This document shows, one piece after another, positions 42,937 through 53,500 of a DNA stretch of 64,000 nucleotides (positions are counted from its first letter, which is position 1; every line of letters starts with the position of its first letter). The notes beneath the pieces were generated by a model that was given only the letters and a program-made list of their open reading frames with translations, was not told the DNA's origin and ran no database searches. The stretch is from Candidatus Latescibacterota bacterium (lineage in GTDB: Bacteria > Latescibacterota > UBA2968 > UBA8231), in assembly GCA_965215195.1 (NCBI GenBank), contig CBDCDC010000002.1, positions 2,560,001 through 2,624,000 of the forward strand, read 5' to 3'. The position numbers and the translations under genes were made by a program.

Positions 42937-44237
42937 GGGGTAGCCCTTTGTTGGCGGATGCGGACGGCTTGCGCGTGAGCCTCGAGGCCCTCGGCTTGCG
43001 CTAGGCGGGCGATGTGCGCGGCCGTGTGGGCCAAGCGCTCGGGGGTGTAGGCGATGATGCTCGTCGTCTTAACGAAATCGGCCCACCCCAACGACGAGGC
43101 ATAGCGGGCCGCGCCTTGGGTCGGCAGCACGTGATTGGTGCCGGCAAAGTAATCGCCGACCGGCTCGGGGGAAGCTGCGCCGAGGAACAGCGCGCCGCAG
43201 TGGCGAATTGAATCCACCCAGCGCCACGGGTCGGCCACCTGCAATTCGGCGTGTTCCGGCGCTAGGCGGTTGAGCAGCTCGATCCCCACTTCGAGGCTAG
43301 GCACCACGACAATCGCGCCGTATTCTTCTAAGGCCCTATCTATAATTGAATGGCGCGGCAGAGCTTCTCGTTGCGCTTCGAGTTCCTCCTGCACGCGGTG
43401 CGCTAGGGCCGCGCAATCCGTGATGCACACGGCCGCCACCCCCCAGCCATGCTCGGCTTGCGCCAGCAAATCCGCGGCTACCCAACGCGGGTCGGCCCCT
43501 TTGTCGGCGAGCACCACAATTTCCGACGGGCCGGGCAACAGCGCGATGCCCACCGCGCCAAAGACCTGCCGCTGCGCAGCCACCGTATAGGGGGAGCCGG
43601 GGCCGACGATCTTGTGGACCGGCGGGATGCTCTCCGTGCCATAGGCGAGGGCGGCCACGGCCTGGGCCCCACCCACCGCGTACACCTCGTCAATGCCCAA
43701 CAAATGCGCCGCCGCCGCAATCACTGGGGCCGGCCGGCCGGCCGCCACCGGCGGCGTGACCACGCAGATCTGGTCCACGCCGGCCACCTGCGCGGGCACG
43801 GCCGTCATCAGCAGGCTCGAAAACAGCGGTGCTTCGCCGGCCGGGATGCACAGACCCACCCGCTCAATGGGCGCGATTTTCTTGCCCAGCACCACCCCGT
43901 CGCCGTCTTCGACAAACCAAGAGTTGAGTTTTTGCCGCTCGTGGAAGGCGCGGATATTGGCTACCGCCGCCTCCATAGAGGCGCACAGACTCGGATCGAG
44001 CGCGGCCTCGGCCTCGGCGAGCACGGACGCCGACACCCGCACCTGCCCGGGGCACACTTCCACGCCATCGAATCGCTGCGTCAGCGCACACAACGCAGCA
44101 TCGCCTTCTTCCCGCACTTGCCGCAGAATGTCCCTCACCGCGTCCTCGACCTCGGGATCGGACTCGGGGCGGCGAGCGAGCAGGGCGGTGAGCCGGGCGG
44201 CGAGCGGAGCGGAGGGATAGGACGCAATGGGCACCAT
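42933..44237 (-). CDS. hisD: histidinol dehydrogenase
   Basis: GGAQAVAALAYG, GPSE, LAQAEH, APEH and GDY.AG.NHVLPT. Start ATG 44237. Confidence 0.96.
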   Translation of the reverse strand: MVPIASYPSAPLAARLTALLARRPESDPEVEDAVRDILRQVREEGDAALCALTQRFDGVEVCPGQVRVSASVLAEAEAALDPSLCASMEAAVANIRAFHERQKLNSWFVEDGDGVVLGKKIAPIERVGLCIPAGEAPLFSSLLMTAVPAQVAGVDQICVVTPPVAAGRPAPVIAAAAHLLGIDEVYAVGGAQAVAALAYGTESIPPVHKIVGPGSPYTVAAQRQVFGAVGIALLPGPSEIVVLADKGADPRWVAADLLAQAEHGWGVAAVCITDCAALAHRVQEELEAQREALPRHSIIDRALEEYGAIVVVPSLEVGIELLNRLAPEHAELQVADPWRWVDSIRHCGALFLGAASPEPVGDYFAGTNHVLPTQGAARYASSLGWADFVKTTSIIAYTPERLAHTAAHIARLAQAEGLEAHAQAVRIRQQRATP

Positions 44238-45115
44238 CAATACACGACCTTGTTGAGCGGGTACTCGATGATGCCTTCGGCCCCGAGCCGCTTGAGTTGG
44301 GGAATGAGCTCGCGCACCACGCGCTCGTCGGCGACGATTTCCAGCGCGACCCACTCGGAGTCCATCTGGCTAGAGACCGTGGGCGTGTGCAGGGCCGGCA
44401 ACCGGGCGATGACGCGGTCGAGCTGGGCGCACGGCACGTTCATCTTGAGACCGACCTTGTGCTCGGCTTCGAGTGCGCCCTTGAGCAGCATCAGCAAGTT
44501 CTCGGCCTTCTCCCGCTTCCAGCCATCGGCCCACGCGGCCTTGTTGGCGATGAAGCGCGGGGTCGATTCGCAGACCGTATCGATGATGCGCAGGCGGTTG
44601 GCCTTGAGCGATGCGCCCGTCTCAGTCGCCTCGACGACGGCATCCACCAGCCCGGGAATGCCGGCCTTGACCTCGGTCGTGCCCCACGAAAACTCTACCT
44701 CGGCCTCCACGCCGCGCCCTTGCAAGAAGCGGCGCGTCACGCCAACTAACTCGCTGGCGATGCGGCGTCCCTGTAGGTCTTCGACGCATTGGATAGCGGA
44801 ATCCTCGGGCACGGCAATGACCCAGCGCAAGGGCCGCGCCGTGCTCTTGCTGTAGGTCAACTCACCGATTTCTTCTACATTGACCTCGCTTTCGAGAATC
44901 CAGTCTCGGCCCGTCAGGCCCACATCGACGACGCCGCGCGCCACGTACTGGGCGATTTCCTGCGCCCGGAACATCAGGCCCGAAAGCTGGGGATCGTCGA
45001 TGTCGGGCACGTACGAGCGCGGCGCGAGCCGCACTCGATAGCCGGCGCGGACAAACAGGTCAAACGTGGACTCCTTCAAGCTCCCGGACGGGAAGCCGAT
45101 CTTCAATTCCTTCAT
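44237..45115 (-). CDS. hisG: ATP phosphoribosyltransferase (long form)
   Basis: RAQEI, DVGLTG.DW, ETGASL and a C-terminal regulatory domain (PTVS, GAEGIIEYP). Confidence 0.95.
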   Translation of the reverse strand: MKELKIGFPSGSLKESTFDLFVRAGYRVRLAPRSYVPDIDDPQLSGLMFRAQEIAQYVARGVVDVGLTGRDWILESEVNVEEIGELTYSKSTARPLRWVIAVPEDSAIQCVEDLQGRRIASELVGVTRRFLQGRGVEAEVEFSWGTTEVKAGIPGLVDAVVEATETGASLKANRLRIIDTVCESTPRFIANKAAWADGWKREKAENLLMLLKGALEAEHKVGLKMNVPCAQLDRVIARLPALHTPTVSSQMDSEWVALEIVADERVVRELIPQLKRLGAEGIIEYPLNKVVY

Positions 45116-45127
45116 CTCGCTCCTAGC

Positions 45128-46045
45128 TCAGTTTAGCACCTCAGCGACTTGGGGATTTAGCTTGTACAGGGCTTGCCGCGCCGCAATCTGGTCTTTTTCC
45201 GTGCCCTCCCGCATCAGCCGCTGCAAGTGCGGCACGGCCCGCGCATCGCCCACCTCGGCGAGGGCCTGCACGGCTTTGCTGCGGATGCTCTGGAGCTCAT
45301 CGGCGTCGAGGGCGACCAGCAGAGCCTCGTATATGGCGTTGCGGGCGGGGGGTCTGAGCGGCAAGAGGCCGATCTGGCCGAGGGCCTGCACGGCCACGTA
45401 GCGCACCTCGGCCGAGGGGTCCAGCGACATGCGAATGACTTCTTCGGCTGCGTCTAGGTACCCGTAGGCGCGCAGGCTCTGCAGGGCGGCGATCCGCCAC
45501 TTGGGCTTGGGGGCGCGCAATGCGCGGCGCACCACGCGGAAGGCCGAGTCGCTCAAGGCCGGCTCGGCTTCGTACGAATGGCACGAGCCGAGCGCACCGA
45601 GTACGTATTGGCGCACTTCTACCGTGGGGTCGCGCACGTACCTGAGCAGCGGGGCGAGCGCGGCGGGTGCGCCGATCTGGCCCAGCGCCCACGCGGCCAC
45701 CGCGGCCACCCGCGGCGACTGGTCTTTTAGGGCCTTAACCAAAGTCGGCACGGCGCGTTCGTCCTTAAAGCGACCCAACAGGTGCATCACCTCAAACCGC
45801 ACGCGGATGTAGCCGGAATCGGCTTCCTCGATCAGCAGGGGAACGACCGCGTCGGCGTCGAAGCGGATGAGCTGGTTGGCGGCTTTGGTTCGCTCTACTT
45901 TTTGACTGCTTTTGAGCTGGTGAATGTACTCTTCCGGCGAAGGGCCTCCACACCCGATGCCCAAGCCCGCGCACAGCAGCAAGGCCCAAAGGGCGAGTCG
46001 CGTACTGCTGCCAAATTTTTGCCTTTGAAAAAAAATGCCGGCCAT
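45128..46045 (-). CDS. HEAT-repeat (PBS lyase-like) lipoprotein
   Basis: Lipobox-like GIGC; repeated VR..A..ALG.IG and D.RAVP.L motifs. Confidence 0.8.
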   Translation of the reverse strand: MAGIFFQRQKFGSSTRLALWALLLCAGLGIGCGGPSPEEYIHQLKSSQKVERTKAANQLIRFDADAVVPLLIEEADSGYIRVRFEVMHLLGRFKDERAVPTLVKALKDQSPRVAAVAAWALGQIGAPAALAPLLRYVRDPTVEVRQYVLGALGSCHSYEAEPALSDSAFRVVRRALRAPKPKWRIAALQSLRAYGYLDAAEEVIRMSLDPSAEVRYVAVQALGQIGLLPLRPPARNAIYEALLVALDADELQSIRSKAVQALAEVGDARAVPHLQRLMREGTEKDQIAARQALYKLNPQVAEVLN

Positions 46046-46124
46046 ACCGCGTTCTCTATTCAATAGTATTGTTAAGAAGATAAGAGCCGCCCATAATCGC
46101 GTCCACCGCGCTAGGCCCCCGTCT

Positions 46125-46153
46125 TTGACAATCTTCCTAGTGACTTTTATACT
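46125..46153 (+). promoter_or_regulatory. sigma70 promoter for the SelW-TPR-rdgB operon
   Basis: TTGACA-17 bp-TATACT, followed by AGGAGG at 46173-46178. Confidence 0.8.
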
Positions 46154-46184
46154 TTTTCAACCCCTATTCCACAGGAGGTTCCCC

Positions 46185-46418
46185 GTGAACTTGGAACTCG
46201 TTTACTGCGCTGCTTGAGGCTACGAAAACAGAGCCGCCAGTTTGGCGGAACAGCTACTAGTCGCCTACAAGAAAGACATCGCCGCCTTCTCGCTAGTGCC
46301 CTCAGACCGGGGGCGGTTTGAACTCAGCCGCGATGGCGAGCTGATCTTTTCCAAGCTGCAAGAAGGCCGCTTTCCCGACCGCGGCGAAGTCGAGGCCCGG
46401 CTCAACGCCCGCCGCTAA
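46185..46418 (+). CDS. SelW/SelT/SelH (Rdx) family selenoprotein; in-frame TGA 46215-46217 read as Sec
   Basis: MNLELVYCAAUGYENRAASLAEQLLVAYKKDIAAFSLVPSDRGRFELSRDGELIFSKLQEGRFPDRGEVEARLNARR: Y-C-x-x-U, G.FE and FSK...RFP Rdx motifs; promoter, RBS and downstream hairpin present. Confidence 0.92.
46234..46248 (+). promoter_or_regulatory. candidate bacterial SECIS hairpin (Rdx gene)
   Basis: CCGCCA-GTT-TGGCGG, with the loop G 22 nt after the UGA. Confidence 0.7.
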
Positions 46419-46460
46419 GAGCCCGCCTATGTCTTTTACTATTGTATAGGAGGACCCGCT

Positions 46461-47519
46461 TTGAAGTACTGCCGCTTGCTCAGTTTCGCCCTTGCGCTTT
46501 TGAGCGCACCCGCCTTTGCCCAGTCGCCCGAAGCCGTCAACTACTACCGCGAGGGCTACGACTTGGTCAAGAAGGGCAGCTTTCGCAACGCCGTCATCGA
46601 GCTAGAAAAGGCCGTGGCGGCCGATTCCTCCTACGGAGACGCCCACTACGTCCTCGGCATTTCCTACAAGGCCCTCAACGAGTACGACAAAGCCATCGGC
46701 AGCTTTGCCGCAGCCCATGCCCTCGGCACCAAGCCGGAGCAGGCCGCTAAGGCACTGGGCCAGCTCTATCAAAAGGCCGCCCTCAACAGCTTTCGCCTAA
46801 AGAAATACCGCGAGTCCATCGACTATTTCACTAAAGTGCGCGACTTCAGCCCGCAAAGCGCCCAAGCCCTCTACGTCATGGGCCTTGCCCACAGTGGCCT
46901 GCACGAGAAAGACAAGGCCAAAGTGGCCTTTGCCGAGGCCATAGCAGCCGATCCCACCGACGCCAGACCCTACAATGCCCTCGGCGACATCCAGCGCCTC
47001 AGTCGCGACTACGGCAAATCCATCGTCACCTACCAGCGTTCCATAGAGGCCGACCCCACGTACATGGAATCATACGGCGACTTGGCGCGGGTGAAGTTCG
47101 CCACCCAAGACCTAGAGGGCATCGTACCGCTTTTGCAAAAGGCCCTAAAGATCGACGCCAAGTACGCCGAAGGGCACCGCTTGCTCGGCATTGCCCTCAA
47201 CCAACTCGGCCGTTTCCAAGAGGCTATTGCCCCACTGAAAAAAGCAGCCGATCTAGACGACGCCTACTGCGAGACGTTTTACCGGCTGAGCGAGGCTCAC
47301 TTTGGCATGGGCAACTTCCGCCAAGCCATTGAGTACGGCCGGCGCGCCACCAGTTGCCAAGCCGACTACCGAGCCGCCGAAGTGCTGCTGGGCGACGCGC
47401 ATTTTCAGCTAGGCCAACGAGAGGAAGCGCGGCGCTGGTACAACCTAGCGGTGAAAGACAGCCGCTACAAGGACTACGCAGCGAGCAAACTCGCAGAGAT
47501 CGACGAGCAGCCCCAATAG
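46461..47519 (+). CDS. periplasmic tetratricopeptide repeat protein
   Basis: AGGAGG RBS, TTG start, signal peptide (AFA-Q) and multiple TPR motifs. Confidence 0.88.
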   Translation: MKYCRLLSFALALLSAPAFAQSPEAVNYYREGYDLVKKGSFRNAVIELEKAVAADSSYGDAHYVLGISYKALNEYDKAIGSFAAAHALGTKPEQAAKALGQLYQKAALNSFRLKKYRESIDYFTKVRDFSPQSAQALYVMGLAHSGLHEKDKAKVAFAEAIAADPTDARPYNALGDIQRLSRDYGKSIVTYQRSIEADPTYMESYGDLARVKFATQDLEGIVPLLQKALKIDAKYAEGHRLLGIALNQLGRFQEAIAPLKKAADLDDAYCETFYRLSEAHFGMGNFRQAIEYGRRATSCQADYRAAEVLLGDAHFQLGQREEARRWYNLAVKDSRYKDYAASKLAEIDEQPQ

Positions 47520-47525
47520 GCCGTA

Positions 47526-48134
47526 ATGGCGCTGCTGTTGGCCTCGAACAACTCCGGCAAGCTGCGCGAAGTCCGCACCCTGCTCGCCGATGTCGAGGTC
47601 GTTGCGCCGGCGGCGCTGGGCCTTGAGCTCGATGTCGAGGAAAGCGGCCAGACCTTTGCCGCCAACGCCCAGCTCAAGGCCCGCGCCTATGCAGCGGCCA
47701 GCGGCCAGCTTGCCCTTGCCGACGACTCTGGGCTTGAGGTCGATGCCCTTGCCGGCGCACCCGGGATCTACTCGGCCCGCTACGGCGGCCCCGACCTCGA
47801 CGACGCCGGCCGCTGCCGGCTCTTGCTCGCCCAGCTTGCCCCCTATCCTGCGCCAACGCAACGCCGAGCGAGGTTCCGCTGCGTCCTCTGCGCAGCCAGC
47901 CCCGACGGCCGCCAGTGCCAAGCCGAAGGCACTTGTGAAGGGCTGATCGCCCCGGCCCCAGCCGGGACCAACGGCTTTGGCTACGATCCGGTCTTTTTTG
48001 TGCCTGCCTACGCCAAAACCATGGCCCAGCTCAACCCGCAAATAAAAAACCGACTCAGTCACCGAGCCGAAGCACTGGCGGCCATGCGTCCGCTCCTCGC
48101 CAGCACCTTTCCCGAGCTCGAGCTCACCCGCTGA
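47526..48134 (+). CDS. rdgB: non-canonical purine NTP pyrophosphatase RdgB/HAM1
   Basis: ASNNSGKLRE, ADDSGL, PGIYSAR, GFGYDP and KNRLSHR. Confidence 0.95.
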   Translation: MALLLASNNSGKLREVRTLLADVEVVAPAALGLELDVEESGQTFAANAQLKARAYAAASGQLALADDSGLEVDALAGAPGIYSARYGGPDLDDAGRCRLLLAQLAPYPAPTQRRARFRCVLCAASPDGRQCQAEGTCEGLIAPAPAGTNGFGYDPVFFVPAYAKTMAQLNPQIKNRLSHRAEALAAMRPLLASTFPELELTR

Positions 48135-49870
48135 TGTTTGGTCCGTTTTCCCAATACGTCCATCCCTATCGGGGCCGCATCCTGCTCGGCGCGCTCTGCA
48201 TTGGGCTGGGGCAGGCGGCGACCGCACGCATCCCACTGCTGGTGGGCGATGCCGTCGATGCGGTCGCGGTGCCGGATACGGCCTCCGGGGAAGTCGAGAC
48301 TTACGTCTTCTACATCCTCGCCTATGCCTTGGGCGTGGCCCTGTGCGGGTACGCCATGCGGATGCTGTTGGGCCGCGTTGCCAACCGCATCGAATACGAC
48401 ATCCGCACCGCGTATTTTGCCCACCTGCTCAAGCTGCCACTCTCGTACTACCAGCAGCGCCGCACCGGCGACCTCATGGCGCGGGCGACCAACGATCTCC
48501 ACTCTGTGCACATTTTTTGGGTCTATGGCATTCGCGGCATCGTCGATACCGCCTTGGGGCTGATCTTCACCCTCGCCTGTATGTGCCTGCTCGACTACAA
48601 GCTGGCCCTGCTGGTGCTGCTGCCCATGCCGCTTTTTAGCGTCGTGATGATCCGCATCGCCGCGGTCATCAACACCCGCTACAAGGCCATCCAAGAATAC
48701 TTCGGCCAGATCAGCACCTTCATCCAAGAAAATCTCTCCGGCATCCGCGTGGTCCGGGCCTACACCCAAGAGCCCGCGCAAAACGCCGCGTTCGACCGGC
48801 TCAACCTAGCGTACCTCGAAAAAAACCGCGCCTACATCCTCACGCGCGCCAACTACCGGCCGCTCTCCTACGTCATCGCCTCGCTCTGCTTGGGGCTGAA
48901 CCTGTGGCTGGGCGGGCGGGCGGTCATCGACGGCGAACTCAGCTTGGGGACGTTCGTCGCCTTCAACGCCTACCTGACCCAGCTCATCCGCCCGATCATG
49001 TACACCGGCTGGGTCATCGACCGCGCCCAGCGTGCCCTCGTGTCCATGCAGCGCATCAACGAGATCCTCGCTGTCGAGCCTGAGATCCAAGACCGCGCCC
49101 TGCCTCCGGCCTCTCCGCGCCCAATCGCCGGGCACATTGCCTTCCGCAAGCTCAGCTTCTCCTACGGCAAGGAGCGAGTCCTCCACCAGATTGATCTCGA
49201 TATTCCTCCCGGCACGACCCTCGGGATCATCGGCCGGGTCGGCTCGGGCAAGACCACCCTCGCGCGCCTCGTGCCGCGCTTGATCCAAGCCGGGCCGGGG
49301 CAGCTATGCATCGACGGGGTGCCGATCGAGGAATGGCCCCTAGCGACCTTGCGCGACGCCATCGGCTACGTCCCGCAAAATCCCTTTCTATTTTCCAATA
49401 CCCTCAACGCCAACATCGCCTACGGCGCGGACTCTGCCGCCGAGGCCCAGATCCGCGCCGCGGCCGCAAAGGCCCAACTCAAAAAGGACATCGACCAATT
49501 CGACGAGGGCTTCGACACCCTCATCGGCGAGCGCGGCGTCACCTTGTCCGGCGGCCAAAAGCAACGCGCGACCTTGGCCCGGGCGCTCATTGGCCGCCCG
49601 CAGATTCTCATCCTCGACGACGCGCTCTCCGCGGTGGACACCCACACTGAGGAAGCCATCCTCGACCACTTGCACACTCTCATGCAGGGCCGCACCACCC
49701 TCATCATCGCCCACCGCATCTCGACCCTGCGCCACGCCGATTACATCGTCGTCCTAGAGGAAGGCCACATCGCCGAGCAGGGCACCCACGACGAGCTGGT
49801 CCGCAGCGGTGGCTTCTACGCCGAGCTGTACCAGCAACAGCAGCTTAGCGCCGAGCTAGAAACGCTGTGA
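48134..49870 (+). CDS. ABC exporter permease/ATPase (heterodimer subunit 1)
   Basis: 6-TM domain plus GRVGSGKT, LSGGQ and ILDDALSAVD (degenerate Walker B). Confidence 0.92.
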   Translation: MFGPFSQYVHPYRGRILLGALCIGLGQAATARIPLLVGDAVDAVAVPDTASGEVETYVFYILAYALGVALCGYAMRMLLGRVANRIEYDIRTAYFAHLLKLPLSYYQQRRTGDLMARATNDLHSVHIFWVYGIRGIVDTALGLIFTLACMCLLDYKLALLVLLPMPLFSVVMIRIAAVINTRYKAIQEYFGQISTFIQENLSGIRVVRAYTQEPAQNAAFDRLNLAYLEKNRAYILTRANYRPLSYVIASLCLGLNLWLGGRAVIDGELSLGTFVAFNAYLTQLIRPIMYTGWVIDRAQRALVSMQRINEILAVEPEIQDRALPPASPRPIAGHIAFRKLSFSYGKERVLHQIDLDIPPGTTLGIIGRVGSGKTTLARLVPRLIQAGPGQLCIDGVPIEEWPLATLRDAIGYVPQNPFLFSNTLNANIAYGADSAAEAQIRAAAAKAQLKKDIDQFDEGFDTLIGERGVTLSGGQKQRATLARALIGRPQILILDDALSAVDTHTEEAILDHLHTLMQGRTTLIIAHRISTLRHADYIVVLEEGHIAEQGTHDELVRSGGFYAELYQQQQLSAELETL

Positions 49871-51651
49871 GCACCGAACTCAACCAAGAAGAGGAAATCC
49901 AGGAACGCGCCTTCAACTTGGGGCTGACGCTGCAACTTTTGGGGTATCTCAAACCCCACCGCGGGCGCGTGATCCTCGCCTTCGGCACCATCGCCCTCGC
50001 CGCCGGTGCCGGCCAAGTCGGTCCCTATCTGACGCAGGTGGCTGTTGACGACTACATCGCCGTCGGCGACTGGGTGGGGTTGCGGTGGATGATCGCGGCC
50101 TTCTTTGGCAGCGTCGCCGTGCAGTACGGCGCTCAATACGCCCAGACCTTGGTCACCGGCATGATCGGTCAGAGGGTCATGTACGACATGCGCCGCGACC
50201 TCTTCGCCCATTTGCAAAAGCTGCCGCTGCGCTACTTCGACCGCACGCCGCTGGGGCGGATTATGACCCGCGCCACTAACGACATCGACGCTCTCAACGA
50301 GTTTTTCAGCGAGGGCATCGTCTCGGTCTTTATGGACTTTTTCACCCTGCTGGCCATCGTCGGCTTCATGGCCTATATCGACCTTGAACTGGCCCTGATC
50401 TGCTGCACGGTAGTCCCGGTCATAGCCGTCTCGACCTTCTACCTTCAGGGCCTTGCCATGCGCGCCTATCGCGAGCTGCGGACGCGCCTAGCGCGGCTCA
50501 ATGCCTATTTGCAGGAGAACATCACCGGCGTGGAGGTGGTCCAGATCTTCAACCGCCAGCGACGCAATTTGCGCGACTTCGACGCCGAGCACCTCCCCTA
50601 TCGCCGCGCCGAGGACCGCGAGATCCACTGCTATGCCCTCTTCTTTCCCTTCACCGAGCTCCTCGGCACGGTCGGCATGGCACTGGTGCTGTGGTACGGG
50701 GCCTCGGACGTGATCGCCGGCCGCGTTGAGCTGGGGGTGCTGGTGGCCTTTCTCCAGTATATCCGCCGCTTCTTTCGCCCGATCATGGACATCTCCGACC
50801 GTTATGCCCTGCTGCAAAGCGCCATGGCCGCGTCCGAGCGCATCTTCGAGATGTTGGCTGTCCCCGGCGAACCCGCAGGCGGACCGCCGCGCAATTTGCC
50901 CGCAGCCAGCCGCGGCGGCGCGATTGAATTTCGCAACGTGTTCTTCAAGTACGATCCAGCGGCCGAAGACTGGATTCTCAAGGATGTCTCGTTTGAACTA
51001 AAGGCCGGGCAGAGCCTAGCGCTGGTCGGGGCTACCGGCTCGGGCAAAACCACCATCGTCAGCCTCCTCTGCCGCTTCTACGACATCCAGCGCGGGGAAA
51101 TCCTCGTTGATGGCCGCGACGTGCGCCAGTGGCACGCGGCCGAATTGCGCCGCCGCATCAGCATCGTCCAGCAGGAGGTCTTCTTGTTTTCCGGGACCAT
51201 CAGCGGCAACATCCGCCTCGGCGACGACGCCATCGGCGACGCCCAAGTCGAGCGCGCCGCCCGCTACGTCAACGCCGCGCCCTTTATCGAACACCTCCCC
51301 CAAGGCTATGCCCACGCCGTGGCCGAAGGCGGCTCGACTCTGTCGGCCGGGCAACGCCAGTTGTTGGCCTTTGCCCGCGCACTCGCCTTTGACCCGGAAG
51401 TCCTCGTCCTCGACGAGGCCACCTCCAGCATCGACACCGAAACCGAACAGCTCATCCAAGACGCCATCGCCAAGCTGATGCACGAGCGCACCTCCATCGT
51501 CATCGCCCACCGCCTCTCTACCATTCGCAGTGCCGACCAGATCTTGGTGATGCACCGCGGCGAGGTGCGCGAGCGGGGCCGCCACGAAGAGCTCTTGCTC
51601 CAAGGCGGCATCTATGCGCGGCTCTACCGCCTCAACTACGGCCGGTCTTAG
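49867..51651 (+). CDS. ABC exporter permease/ATPase (heterodimer subunit 2)
   Basis: TM domain plus GATGSGKT, LSAGQRQ and LDEATSS. Confidence 0.92.
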   Translation: MSTELNQEEEIQERAFNLGLTLQLLGYLKPHRGRVILAFGTIALAAGAGQVGPYLTQVAVDDYIAVGDWVGLRWMIAAFFGSVAVQYGAQYAQTLVTGMIGQRVMYDMRRDLFAHLQKLPLRYFDRTPLGRIMTRATNDIDALNEFFSEGIVSVFMDFFTLLAIVGFMAYIDLELALICCTVVPVIAVSTFYLQGLAMRAYRELRTRLARLNAYLQENITGVEVVQIFNRQRRNLRDFDAEHLPYRRAEDREIHCYALFFPFTELLGTVGMALVLWYGASDVIAGRVELGVLVAFLQYIRRFFRPIMDISDRYALLQSAMAASERIFEMLAVPGEPAGGPPRNLPAASRGGAIEFRNVFFKYDPAAEDWILKDVSFELKAGQSLALVGATGSGKTTIVSLLCRFYDIQRGEILVDGRDVRQWHAAELRRRISIVQQEVFLFSGTISGNIRLGDDAIGDAQVERAARYVNAAPFIEHLPQGYAHAVAEGGSTLSAGQRQLLAFARALAFDPEVLVLDEATSSIDTETEQLIQDAIAKLMHERTSIVIAHRLSTIRSADQILVMHRGEVRERGRHEELLLQGGIYARLYRLNYGRS

Positions 51652-51890
51652 GCCTCTTCATCCTTTGGGGCCTTCTCGCGCCGCGTCGTCATCCCCTCCA
51701 CGGCCTTCACCACCTGATCGCGCGTTTCCTCGGCTTGGTGCGCGATCAAGCGCCGGGTGTCCTCGCCCTTGTGCGGGGCCAGCAAAACGCCCACGGCCGC
51801 ACCGACCGCGACACCGGCCACAAAACCGGCCAAGAGGCACGTCGTACCGTTGGTTGAATGCTGCTTGGGGTAAATTTTTTCGTAAAACAT
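51648..51890 (-). CDS. YtxH domain protein
   Basis: GFVAG..VGAAVGVLLAP.KG..TR motif; GGAG RBS. Confidence 0.8.
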   Translation of the reverse strand: MFYEKIYPKQHSTNGTTCLLAGFVAGVAVGAAVGVLLAPHKGEDTRRLIAHQAEETRDQVVKAVEGMTTRREKAPKDEEA

Positions 51891-52016
51891 ACAAAGCTCC
51901 TTTGGTTATGAGTACACTATTAAAGAAAACCAAGTGTATTGAATAAAACCAACGCAATTTTTATATTTTAAGGCTAAATCCCTCCTCCTTTCCCCGCCAA
52001 TGCAGAGAGGACTTCT

Positions 52017-53498
52017 ATGGCCCAAGTCCTGAGCACCCCTTCGCACAGCCTCAAAGAGTTTCGCATTCTGCCTGGGTACACGCCAACCGACGGCAACGCT
52101 CCCAACGCGTCGCTCAAAACCCGGCTCTGTCGCAAGGGAGACGACTTTCTCTATCTGCACGTGCCCTTCCTCAGCGCCGCCATGCAGGCCGTGACCGGCG
52201 GCGAGATGGCCATTGCCTTGGCCCAGCTAGGCGGCATCGGCATCCTGCCCGTCAGCCAGCCCATTGACGAGCAATGCGCCAAGATAAGCCAAGTCAAGCG
52301 CTTCAAGGCCGGCTTTCAGACCGATATTCTCACCTTGGCTCCAGACCAACCCATCGCCGAGGTAGTAGAGATCATCCACCGCACCGGCTATACGACCTTT
52401 CCGGTCACCGCCAGCGGCCAGTTCCACGACCAGCTCCTCGGCATCCTCACCGACAAGGACTTCGACGAGCGCCGCGACCTCAACTGCCGAGTTGCCTCCC
52501 GCATGAAGACCGACGTGCAGGCCGGCCGCGAAATAAGCGACCTCAAGGCCGCCAACGAACTGATGATCCGCTACGGCCGCGGCTTCTTGCCCATTCTATC
52601 CAAGGGGGGCGTACTGCAAGCGGTGGTCTTCAAAAAGGACCTCGACAAGCACCTGCGGCACCCCAACGAATCCATCGACGAAAAAAAGCGCCTGCTCGTG
52701 GGCGCGGCCATCTCCACCCATCCGGAGGACCGCGAGCGGGCCGAAGCCCTCATCGCGCAAGAAGCGGACGTGCTCGTCATTGACGCATCCGACGGCCACA
52801 CCGAGTACCAGCGGCAGATGATCCAATTCATAAAGGAGCGCACCGATGCCCCGGTCATCGGCGGCAACGTCGTCACGGCCGAGGGATTTCGCTTCTTGGC
52901 CGAAGCCGGCGCCGACGCCGTCAAGGTCGGCATGGGGATCGGCTCGGGCTGCACTACCCAAGAAGTCAAGGCCACCGGCCGCGGCCAAGGCACGGCCTTG
53001 ATGGAAATCAGCGCGGCGCGCAACCAGTGGCAGCTCAATTGCAACGCCTACTTGCCCATCGTGGCCGACGGCGGCATTTCAGGCCCGGCCGAGATCGCCG
53101 TGGCCGTGGCCTTGGGTGCCAACGCCGTGATGATGGGGCACTTCTTCGCCGGCTACACCGAAAGCCAAGGCAACCTCGTGCGCACGGCGGCCGGCGAAAT
53201 CGTCAAAGAGTACTGGATGGAAGGTTCGCTGCGCGCCCACAACATGCGGCGCTATGCCCAAGCGCAAGAGCACTTCTTCGAGGAGGGCATCTCCGGCTAC
53301 GTGCCCCACATCGGCTCAATTCACGACAAACTGCCGATCCGCATCCAGATGCTGCGCGCCACCCTCGCCACGGCCGGTTGCCGCACCATCGACGAGCTGC
53401 ACGAAAAGGCCGTGCTCGAAATGCAGTCGCCCACCGCGCTGATGGACAGCCAGATCCACGACATCGTCCCCACCCACACCGACCAACAGATTCTCTAA
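52017..53498 (+). CDS. guaB: IMP dehydrogenase
   Basis: SAAMQAV, CBS region, [19 protein letters not shown] (catalytic Cys), [15 protein letters not shown] and EEG. Confidence 0.9.
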   Translation: MAQVLSTPSHSLKEFRILPGYTPTDGNAPNASLKTRLCRKGDDFLYLHVPFLSAAMQAVTGGEMAIALAQLGGIGILPVSQPIDEQCAKISQVKRFKAGFQTDILTLAPDQPIAEVVEIIHRTGYTTFPVTASGQFHDQLLGILTDKDFDERRDLNCRVASRMKTDVQAGREISDLKAANELMIRYGRGFLPILSKGGVLQAVVFKKDLDKHLRHPNESIDEKKRLLVGAAISTHPEDRERAEALIAQEADVLVIDASDGHTEYQRQMIQFIKERTDAPVIGGNVVTAEGFRFLAEAGADAVKVGMGIGSGCTTQEVKATGRGQGTALMEISAARNQWQLNCNAYLPIVADGGISGPAEIAVAVALGANAVMMGHFFAGYTESQGNLVRTAAGEIVKEYWMEGSLRAHNMRRYAQAQEHFFEEGISGYVPHIGSIHDKLPIRIQMLRATLATAGCRTIDELHEKAVLEMQSPTALMDSQIHDIVPTHTDQQIL

Positions 53499-53500
53499 CC

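Noticed and set aside
43449-44855. 468-aa plus-strand ORF
   Set aside because: Antisense shadow of hisD/hisG.
46035-46217. 60-aa ORF ending YCAA*, or a nonsense pseudogene
   Set aside because: The true start is GTG 46185 (promoter and RBS), and the TGA falls at the Sec position of an intact Rdx protein.
53027-53500. N-terminal 158 aa of the 389-aa ORF
   Set aside because: Out-of-frame overlap with guaB; the real start is ATG 53501.
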